Positions 56,784 through 64,000 of a DNA stretch of 64,000 nucleotides are shown here, in pieces (the stretch's first letter is position 1; the number at the start of each line of letters is the position of its first letter). Source of the stretch: a phage. A program made the translations under genes and the position numbers. The notes under the pieces were generated by a model that was not told the DNA's origin, did no database searches, and worked only from the letters and a program-made list of their open reading frames with translations. Where the stretch lies: assembly GCA_020381345.1 (NCBI GenBank), contig GCA_020381345.1_3636.1; one strand, 5' to 3'.

Positions 56784-57215
56784 ATGGGGAATAAGATGCC
56801 ACAGGAAGAAATGATTTCCTACGAAATCATCTACGAACCTGACACTAAAGATGCTCACGGTGAGTGGATGAGTAAAGACACCATCAAAAAGGCTAAAGAT
56901 AACTGGGACGCAGCATACGCCGCAGGCCTAGTTTCTGAGAACCTTTTCCACTTGACCTCTACAGATGCTTTCACCATTGAAAAGACGTGGATTCAAGAAG
57001 AGTTTGATGTTGTAGTGATTGGCACTGAGCAGGTCATCAAGGCTGGCTCTTGGGTTGCTAAAGTTAAATACAATAATCCTGAATTATGGGAAGCTAAGAA
57101 GGCTGGCATTGTTGGTGGCCTAAGCATTCAGGCAACAGGTAATGTTGATGAAGAAACTGGTGAAATTACCAACGTAAACTTCGGGATCAGTGTTGTAGAA
57201 GAGGGCAATGAATAA
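56784..57215 (+). CDS. hypothetical head morphogenesis protein (about 143 aa)
   Basis: Between portal and scaffold-like gene; track start overlaps portal, so internal ATG used. Confidence 0.4.
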   Translation: MGNKMPQEEMISYEIIYEPDTKDAHGEWMSKDTIKKAKDNWDAAYAAGLVSENLFHLTSTDAFTIEKTWIQEEFDVVVIGTEQVIKAGSWVAKVKYNNPELWEAKKAGIVGGLSIQATGNVDEETGEITNVNFGISVVEEGNE

Positions 57216-58192
57216 TGTCTGAAAAAACGATTACTATTAAAGAGAAGGGGATTGCCCTGTGCCATAAGGCGCAAGGCTATAGCGCTAACAACAGACCTGT
57301 ATCTCTTTTGATGAAGAGTGATCTTAAGCCTGAGCAGTTAACAGACGATATTGTTAAGGCACTTCGCCAAGTTACTGTGGAGCTTAGTTTTGAAGAATAC
57401 CTGCGTCGTTTCTTCGATATGTGGTATGATGATGCTAAAGCACTTGCACACATGCTTGGTTTTGAGATTGAAGAAGAGGCTTGGGCTAAAGAGCACCCCG
57501 ATTGGGAATGGGCGCAAGCTGACGCAGAGTCTTGTATTGCATGGCTGGAAGAGCGTTGTGATAACGTGACCATTCATAAGGCTGCAAAAGAAGGCAAGCA
57601 GCTTAGTGTGGTAGATCAGTACAGCCTGTTAAAAACACAACAGATTTTTGAACAAGTAACCGCTGATCTCTTCGATAAAGAAGGGAACCTGATCAAGGCG
57701 GTACAGGAACCTGCTGAGGTGGATAAAACTACCGAGGTGGATGATGTTGCAAAATCCGCAAATACCGAGGAGAATCCGGTGGACGTAACCAAAACTAAAG
57801 AGTATCTGGATCTGCTGAAGCAAGTAGAAGAGCTGAAAGCAACCCAGAGTAAAGCTGAAGAAATCATCAAGGCCCAGGTTGAAGTTGAAAAAGCTAAAAT
57901 GCTGACTAAGGCTCAAGCTTTAAGCTTTGTTGGTGAAGAAGATCACGCAACCCTGGTTGACTTCATGCTGGAAAAAGCTAACGAACCTATCGTAGCTATG
58001 CTGGAGAAAGCTCAAGCAAAAATTGAAGAGCTGGAAGCAGAGGTGCATAAAACTAAAGAAGAGTTTGCCACCACTGAACATGGTAATGATGGCGAACCTG
58101 TTGTGGATGATATTGCAAAATCCGCAGAAGAAATTCTTGCTGAAAACGTTGCAAAAGCACTTGCTCGTGCACGTGCAGAATCTAACAAATAA
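57215..58192 (+). CDS. putative scaffolding protein (325 aa)
   Basis: Acidic, coiled-coil-rich C-terminal half; sits before decoration and capsid genes. Confidence 0.5.
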   Translation: MSEKTITIKEKGIALCHKAQGYSANNRPVSLLMKSDLKPEQLTDDIVKALRQVTVELSFEEYLRRFFDMWYDDAKALAHMLGFEIEEEAWAKEHPDWEWAQADAESCIAWLEERCDNVTIHKAAKEGKQLSVVDQYSLLKTQQIFEQVTADLFDKEGNLIKAVQEPAEVDKTTEVDDVAKSANTEENPVDVTKTKEYLDLLKQVEELKATQSKAEEIIKAQVEVEKAKMLTKAQALSFVGEEDHATLVDFMLEKANEPIVAMLEKAQAKIEELEAEVHKTKEEFATTEHGNDGEPVVDDIAKSAEEILAENVAKALARARAESNK

Positions 58193-58212
58193 TACATTAA
58201 CGGGGGAAATAA

Positions 58213-58602
58213 ATGATTACCGCTCAATATTCTGATATCGTGCTCGGCAAAGTTGATTCTAGCGATGCTGGCTACAATTTTAAAGAGATGGAAATTACAC
58301 TGACAGAGCACCACCATGCTGGTACTGTTGTAACAAAAACTGGCACTATCGCTAACGATGATGGCTCAGACGTTTATGGTGTTCTTGTAGACCGAGCTTT
58401 GGTAAAAGATGCAGGAAAAGTTCATCTTGCTGAGCCTCTGCAAACAGGTCAGAAATATAAACTGGTTGTTGCAGTTCACGGTGTTACCTTTGCAAAAGAT
58501 AAGCTGCTGGGGTCTAACGGTGAAGCAGCTAAGCAGGCTGTTCTTGAAAAGCTGGAAGCTCTGGGTAACAAAGTTCACGTCCAGACTCTTGGTGAAGAGT
58601 AA
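58213..58602 (+). CDS. putative head decoration protein (129 aa)
   Basis: Small ORF directly before the capsid gene; call by position. Confidence 0.45.
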   Translation: MITAQYSDIVLGKVDSSDAGYNFKEMEITLTEHHHAGTVVTKTGTIANDDGSDVYGVLVDRALVKDAGKVHLAEPLQTGQKYKLVVAVHGVTFAKDKLLGSNGEAAKQAVLEKLEALGNKVHVQTLGEE

Positions 58603-58650
58603 GTCCTAAATTGTTCGGGAAAATATTTAAGTTTTACTTTGGAGAAATAA

Positions 58651-59661
58651 ATGATTACTCGTAAAGATGAATTTGGCATTGTTGATTTAGGTGCTACTCT
58701 GGACCTTGTTCCACGTCAATTCCGCCTGATTACTGGTATGGATCTGTTCGAAACCCGTCTCGGCACCTCAACAATTGCTCAGATTGAGCGTGTTGATGAA
58801 GTTGTAACCGACATTCCGGCACGCCGTCGTGGTGGTGAGCGTAACTACGTTGGTAGTGAACGTGCTCAGGTTAAAAACCTGAACATCCCGTTCTTCCCTC
58901 TGGACAAAGGCATCACCGCAGCAGATGTTCAGAACTTCCGTCGTTACTTCACCCCTGATGCTCCGAAAACTGTTCAGGACGTAGTAACCCGCGTTGTTCG
59001 CCGTATCCGTGTTTCTCATGAAGCACTGCGTGAGAAAGCGCTGTTCCAGGCTATTCTGGGCAAATCCTATGCACCTGGTGACACCACCTGTCAGTATGAC
59101 TACTACACTCTGTGGGGTGTGTCTCAGAAATCTGTTGAAATTGACCCTGCAAAAGCAGATCAGGATCCTATGGAGGTTCTGGAAGAAGCTCGTCTGCACA
59201 TCGCGCTGCAAGCTGGCGATAACGCAGCTGGCTACCGTATCGTGGCTCTGTGCTCTCCTGAGTTCTTCAGTGCAATCACTCACCACCCGCTGGTAGAACT
59301 GGCATACACCTACTACGGCTCTGCTCAGGAACCTCTGCGTCGCCGTCTGGGTGCTGGCGGTCAAGACAGCGTATACCGTGTGTTTGAGCATAAAGGTATC
59401 ACCTTTATCGAAGATATCTCTGGCAATATTCCTAAGAAAGAAGCTCGCATTCTGCCGATGGGTATTGATCAGATGTTCCAGCTGCACTTTGCTCCGGCAG
59501 ACGATGTTAACGAAGCAAACACTCCAGCACAGGAACTGTATATGTGGTATAAACACTCTGCATACCTGCGTGAAGAGAAGATTGAATCTGAAACTTCCAT
59601 GCTGGCAGTTAACACCCGTCCAGAGCTGGTTGTTAAAGCAACTCTGAAAGGTGGTGAATAA
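58651..59661 (+). CDS. putative major capsid protein (336 aa)
   Basis: Position in head module, RBS GGAG, and a very strong terminator immediately downstream. Confidence 0.6.
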   Translation: MITRKDEFGIVDLGATLDLVPRQFRLITGMDLFETRLGTSTIAQIERVDEVVTDIPARRRGGERNYVGSERAQVKNLNIPFFPLDKGITAADVQNFRRYFTPDAPKTVQDVVTRVVRRIRVSHEALREKALFQAILGKSYAPGDTTCQYDYYTLWGVSQKSVEIDPAKADQDPMEVLEEARLHIALQAGDNAAGYRIVALCSPEFFSAITHHPLVELAYTYYGSAQEPLRRRLGAGGQDSVYRVFEHKGITFIEDISGNIPKKEARILPMGIDQMFQLHFAPADDVNEANTPAQELYMWYKHSAYLREEKIESETSMLAVNTRPELVVKATLKGGE

Positions 59662-59685
59662 TCACTGAGGTGATTCATCCCATAT

Positions 59686-59720
59686 GGGGAGGGGGTTCTC
59701 CCCCTCCCCTTTTTATTTAT
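59686..59720 (+). terminator. strong rho-independent terminator
   Basis: GGGGAGGGGG-TTCT-CCCCCTCCCC followed by TTTTTATTTAT. Confidence 0.8.
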
Positions 59721-59742
59721 TAGGGTTTAACAGGAGTGTCCC

Positions 59743-60570
59743 GTGAAGCGAACCGTCTACCCAGTCGAGTATGATCCTCTATTAAGAGTTTTCAACAATC
59801 AGTTAAGTTTTTATCAATTTTTAGCACAATATAACCCAGAAATCAATGTTGGTTTATCAGCCCTGCTGCCACCAACAGAATTCGTTATTGGCAGTGTTCA
59901 CTATCCGTGCAGAACGATTGTAGACTTCTTCGAGAAGATTGCAAAACATACAGGCCTGCCAATTGATACTGGTATTTCAACTATCCGTATGGGTGTTATT
60001 CTTCTGTTCTTCACAGAGAACCTTGATGAAAGTACTTTAACACTGCAAAGCGGGGATGTCAATATCACACTCACTCCGTCAGTGTTTAAAGAGGTAGATG
60101 CTGCTTTCCAAGTTTCCGTGGCAGAGGGCCATTTATGGGACCCTGTAGGGATGCCTAAAAAAGTGACCATAAACGATGAGCAATGCAACATTGTTTATGA
60201 AGAAGATACCCAAACTTTCACCATTGAGTGGCCTAAGAAACGTTCTCAGGTTGTAAATCTTGGACTGGTCTCTACGATAGCTCCACCGCCTGAACCAGAG
60301 CCGGAGCCGCCTGTAGGTCCTACTGAACCTGGTGGTGACGGTGAAGTTACTGTAGCAGATCCGCAAGATGTGACTGTATCCTCTTCCTCATTTGTAGCCA
60401 TTGAGAATAAGGATGAAATCCTTAAACAGGCCGCAGCTCTTAACAACGAAGATGACAAAAGTGGTTCAAAAGATGCACTCCAAACCTTCGCTAAAGAGTA
60501 CGGTGTTACCTTAAGTAAGGCAAAAACTTTCCAAAATATGATGAAAGATTTTGAGGCTGCACTGGCATAA
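59743..60570 (+). CDS. hypothetical structural protein with Pro/Glu-rich linker (275 aa)
   Basis: GTG start with RBS AGGAG; internal PPPEPEPEPP linker. Confidence 0.5.
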   Translation: MKRTVYPVEYDPLLRVFNNQLSFYQFLAQYNPEINVGLSALLPPTEFVIGSVHYPCRTIVDFFEKIAKHTGLPIDTGISTIRMGVILLFFTENLDESTLTLQSGDVNITLTPSVFKEVDAAFQVSVAEGHLWDPVGMPKKVTINDEQCNIVYEEDTQTFTIEWPKKRSQVVNLGLVSTIAPPPEPEPEPPVGPTEPGGDGEVTVADPQDVTVSSSSFVAIENKDEILKQAAALNNEDDKSGSKDALQTFAKEYGVTLSKAKTFQNMMKDFEAALA

Positions 60571-60580
60571 TTTTGTTAAG

Positions 60581-60616
60581 GCCCCTTCCAAATCAGGAAT
60601 GGGGCTTTATTTTTAC
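60581..60616 (+). terminator. rho-independent terminator
   Basis: GCCCCTTCC..GGAATGGGGC stem followed by TTTATTTTT. Confidence 0.55.
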
Positions 60617-60629
60617 GAGGTATTTTCAA

Positions 60630-61250
60630 ATGGCATGGTATGAAGATGAAGAGATTATCCCGTCACCACCTAACCATGATGGTGTAGTCGATACCCCAGA
60701 AGAACCACCAAAAGAAGATCCTGTTCCTCCGGAACCTGATCCAGACCAACCTCTTATTGATATTATGAGGTTATTGCTTGGCAATGTTGATGAGGAAACA
60801 CTCCCTGATGAGGTAATTAAAACATTCCTTGACATGGAGAAGCTGAAACTAAATTATCCGGCAGATCCTGATAAGCTGCCCCTGCTTAAGTACAATGTGC
60901 TTGTGCAGCTTGTGCGGTGGCTGATGATGCAGGAAGTGTCCAGTGGTAATGCAAGTATAACTTCCCGTCTGGAAAAAATAGGTGATGAGACCATAGAGAT
61001 TCGTGGTGGATCTGCCTACGCCCAATGGAAGGATTTCCTTGATTGGCTGCTGGCACACCCAGACTATGTAGATTCTGAGCTAGATGCTTACAGCAGAATG
61101 ATTATCATTGGTGGTGTTCGTGTAGACGAAGGAATTCGGGTTAAATTTAATGAAAACAGCAACGGACCGTTCGATGTCCAGGGGATTACACCTATCAGTG
61201 GTCTAAATAACCAACCTCCTCGACACCCAAGACGCAAACGCAGTTTTTAA
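60630..61250 (+). CDS. hypothetical structural protein (206 aa)
   Basis: ATG 60630 chosen over the upstream alternative start, which overlaps the terminator. Confidence 0.45.
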   Translation: MAWYEDEEIIPSPPNHDGVVDTPEEPPKEDPVPPEPDPDQPLIDIMRLLLGNVDEETLPDEVIKTFLDMEKLKLNYPADPDKLPLLKYNVLVQLVRWLMMQEVSSGNASITSRLEKIGDETIEIRGGSAYAQWKDFLDWLLAHPDYVDSELDAYSRMIIIGGVRVDEGIRVKFNENSNGPFDVQGITPISGLNNQPPRHPRRKRSF

Positions 61251-61303
61251 AAATTGTTGCTTTTGATGTATCTTTGTGGTAAAATACATTAGTGAGGGAT
61301 ATA

Positions 61304-61762
61304 ATGCTAAAGGTTAAATGTCAAACAAGGTTCAACCTAAAGCGTTTAGATCGCTTCTACAAAGAACTTGTGAGACTTGAAAGTAAAACAATAACCTACG
61401 GCTTTTATGACGAACCTCACCCGTCAGGCTTAAATATGGCAACATTGGCAGCCATTCACAACTTCGGTTGGAACGGGCTGCCTGTTCGCAATTTCATGGA
61501 GACAGCCTTTGCATTTCATAGTACTCAACTACAGACCTTGACAGAAAAATTGTTGAGAGCTATGGCTAGAGGATCAAGTGCAGAGGCTATTCTTAAGCAG
61601 ATGGGGGACACAGGGGCCAAAGCTATCCAGTTTGTTATTGAGGCTGGGCAGTTTAGTAATCCTACTGTTAGTGAGCAGTGGGCACAAGAAAAAGGCTTCA
61701 ACGAGGCTATGCGGCATTACGATGTGCTGCTTGAATCTGCAACCTTTAAAATCGGACAGTAA
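61304..61762 (+). CDS. hypothetical structural protein (152 aa)
   Basis: ATG 61304 with RBS GAGGG; upstream TGTGGTAAAAT extended -10-like element. Confidence 0.45.
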   Translation: MLKVKCQTRFNLKRLDRFYKELVRLESKTITYGFYDEPHPSGLNMATLAAIHNFGWNGLPVRNFMETAFAFHSTQLQTLTEKLLRAMARGSSAEAILKQMGDTGAKAIQFVIEAGQFSNPTVSEQWAQEKGFNEAMRHYDVLLESATFKIGQ

Positions 61763-61776
61763 AATAAGGGGGTTGA

Positions 61777-62202
61777 GTGGCAGCAGGTTATAAGCTGATA
61801 GGAAAGAACAGACTAATACCTCGTAAAACATTCAAAGGTCGCCACAGAGTGTATAACAAAACAGTTGGTGGCCCTTTTGCCAACGAGGGGTTAGAACTTG
61901 AGTATGAAGAGTTTGATGTCTTAGAGTGTGTTGTGCAGCCGTTGACAGGAAGAGCAGCCAAAGATTACTCCTCTCAAATAAACCCTGAAGGTGACAGACA
62001 GTACGAGGCTTTTACAGTTTACTCCTCAACCAAGTTGTATAGTCCGGATGAAGGAACATATGCAATGGCTGATCAAATTCAACTTCCTGACATCCGTGGT
62101 GACTTGAAATGGTTTACCGTTTTAAAATGCGATGCATATGTTACCTCTGGTGGTGGGAGATATAGATTTTTTGTGGTAGAAGAGCCTGAAGGAGAAAACT
62201 GA
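61777..62202 (+). CDS. hypothetical structural protein (141 aa)
   Basis: ORF track. Confidence 0.45.
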   Translation: MAAGYKLIGKNRLIPRKTFKGRHRVYNKTVGGPFANEGLELEYEEFDVLECVVQPLTGRAAKDYSSQINPEGDRQYEAFTVYSSTKLYSPDEGTYAMADQIQLPDIRGDLKWFTVLKCDAYVTSGGGRYRFFVVEEPEGEN

Positions 62203-62753
62203 TGGAAGCTTTCGAAAAAGTTTTTTCTGATCTTGAAACAACCATTGCTAAGCTTGTCAAGGTTGCCACAGGAAGAACTGTAGTTCTGGCAGAAAGCTCT
62301 ACCATACCGAAGCCGGAAGGTGAGTTTGTACTCTTACAAACCTTGGCGATCAATCCCACCACTTGGGAAGATAATGAGTTTCAAGATGCGGAGGGTAATG
62401 CTTACGTCACCCACAGCTACACTGTTACCTATCTGCTAACAGCTTATCGTGGCAGAGCATATGCTGCACTTAGCAGAGTATTGCAAGCAATAAACCTTCC
62501 AATGTTTTATGACAAGTATTTCCCTCTGGGATCGTGCTTTGCCTACTCTAACAATTCAACAATCTCACCTCAAAGAGTGCCGTTGAATAAGCAGACGTAT
62601 GAAAATAGAGCCACTGTGATGCTGACATTTAACGTAAGGTTTGTTGAAACAGACATTGGGGCTTTTGAGGATCTTGAGGGAATTAAGGCTGAAATAACCA
62701 CACACTTCCCTTCGCCCAATTCTGGTAAAGCGGTTACAGACAGTGGTCAGTAA
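62202..62753 (+). CDS. hypothetical structural protein (183 aa)
   Basis: ATG overlaps upstream stop as ATGA. Confidence 0.45.
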   Translation: MEAFEKVFSDLETTIAKLVKVATGRTVVLAESSTIPKPEGEFVLLQTLAINPTTWEDNEFQDAEGNAYVTHSYTVTYLLTAYRGRAYAALSRVLQAINLPMFYDKYFPLGSCFAYSNNSTISPQRVPLNKQTYENRATVMLTFNVRFVETDIGAFEDLEGIKAEITTHFPSPNSGKAVTDSGQ

Positions 62754-62825
62754 TCGTTATAATTGTGTAGTGTAATGATTACACTGCGTGTTTGATATCC
62801 GTGCACAGATATTAAGAGGAAACAA

Positions 62826-64000
62826 ATGCCATATTTAGATAAAGTGGTAGATGTCACAGTTAACCTCGGAACCCAGCCTATTGACACTGTAGGTTTCGAA
62901 ACTCCCCTGTTCATCGCTATCCACAACAACTTTACTGAGCGAGCTCGCGTATATGCAGAGCTGGATCAGATGGTGGAAGATGGTTTCGCACAAGGCTCTG
63001 CAGCGTATGAGTTTGCAGCAAAAGCTTTTGGTGGTGTATTCCCTCCACAATACGTTATGATCGGCAGACAGGCCAAAGAAAATACAACTGTAGATTTTAA
63101 AGGTATTGCTGCCGCAGCTGATACCGATGTCGTAATGACTATTGCAAAAGGTAGCTACAATACTTCTTTGATAGTGCCTATCTCTGGTGGAACAGGTGCA
63201 ACTCAGATTGCAGAGTCAATGAAGACTAAAATTGAAGCAGATGATAGCTTGAACGATATCACTGTAGAGGCTTCTGAAGGTGTTCTCACCATCACTGGTG
63301 ACTGTACTGTTGGTTACCATACTGGTAACTATACAATCAAAAATATCGCCAATGCTGAAAAACCTTCTACAGTAGTTGATAAGATCAATGCTGAGCGTGA
63401 CAATTGGTACTTCCTGTGCCATGAAGACCACACCGACATTGAAGCATGTGCTAAGTGGGCTCAGGCTAACTACAAGCTGCATGTCTACTCTACTGCAGAA
63501 GATGTGACGGGTAAAGATAATAACATCGCCACCAAACTGAAAGCTGCACAATATGACAGTGTCGGCATGTACGATCCTCGTGCAGATAAGGACTTCCCGG
63601 AGGGTGGTATCATAGGTGCTATGGCATCCAACGATCCGTCTTACGGCGACAGCTTGCACTTAAAACAGATGCCAGGTGTGATTGCACCGTCTCTGACTTT
63701 AACTCAGCGTATGGCTATTTGGGAAAACCACGTTAACTTCTACAGAATGATTAACGGTGTTGGCGCTTTCTGGGAAGGTAAGTGTGCTTCAGGTCAGTAT
63801 GCAGACGCTATTCGTTTTGCACACTGGATCAAGTTCAGATCTGAAGAATCTATGTTTGGGTACATGCATCGTCGCTCCAACATGGGTTTAAGCATGAAGA
63901 TGTCTGATGATGATCTTCCGGTTATCAAGTCTGTCCTGATGAACAACCCAATCAACACTGGCATTAAGAATGGTGCGATCCTGACAGGTTTTGACGAAGA
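62826..64000 (+). CDS. putative tail sheath or major tail protein, 5' partial (runs past window end)
   Basis: Hand-translated frame from ATG 62826 (RBS AAGAGGA) is open for more than 390 codons to the window edge; absent from track because incomplete. Confidence 0.4.
   Translation, partial: MPYLDKVVDVTVNLGTQPIDTVGFETPLFIAIHNNFTERARVYAELDQMVEDGFAQGSAAYEFAAKAFGGVFPPQYVMIGRQAKENTTVDFKGIAAAADTDVVMTIAKGSYNTSLIVPISGGTGATQIAESMKTKIEADDSLNDITVEASEGVLTITGDCTVGYHTGNYTIKNIANAEKPSTVVDKINAERDNWYFLCHEDHTDIEACAKWAQANYKLHVYSTAEDVTGKDNNIATKLKAAQYDSVGMYDPRADKDFPEGGIIGAMASNDPSYGDSLHLKQMPGVIAPSLTLTQRMAIWENHVNFYRMINGVGAFWEGKCASGQYADAIRFAHWIKFRSEESMFGYMHRRSNMGLSMKMSDDDLPVIKSVLMNNPINTGIKNGAILTGFDE

Overview
This window reads as a contiguous piece of a large virulent tailed phage genome (gene content suggests a myovirus of a Gram-negative host; no taxon is asserted). 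All calls are from manual reading of the sequence and ORF track; no searches were run. Layout: (1) 1-5.1 kb, a plus-strand array of small early-type ORFs, each with a sigma70-like promoter and/or GC hairpin plus a CA-rich leader and strong RBS; (2) 5.2-7.6 kb, a repeat-rich segment with no convincing ORF; (3) 7.6-46.5 kb, one long minus-strand block: tandem small paralogous genes, a ribosome hibernation factor homolog, tiny hydrophobic peptides, two orphan DNA methyltransferases, ClpP-like protease, PhoH, nucleotide metabolism (NrdA/NrdB/glutaredoxin, NrdD/NrdG, ThyX), recombination/repair nucleases, DNA ligase, lambda-R-like endolysin, Sir2 and an Rnl1-like RNA ligase; (4) 46.5-51.5 kb, plus-strand kinase and metallophosphoesterase (completing an RNA-repair set), an HTH gene followed by a 4-iteron array and AT-rich tract, and a cluster of six tRNAs plus one atypical tRNA-like element; (5) 51.8-64 kb, spanin pair, terminase large subunit, portal, scaffold, decoration, major capsid and the start of tail genes. 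The most striking result is three related group I introns: two splitting nrdD into three exons that reconstitute a ~707-aa protein, and one splitting the terminase large subunit, two of them carrying HNH homing endonuclease ORFs. Other leads are the RNA-repair/Sir2/tRNA island, the candidate iteron origin, the phage-encoded hibernation factor and the 2.4-kb repeat-rich non-coding region.
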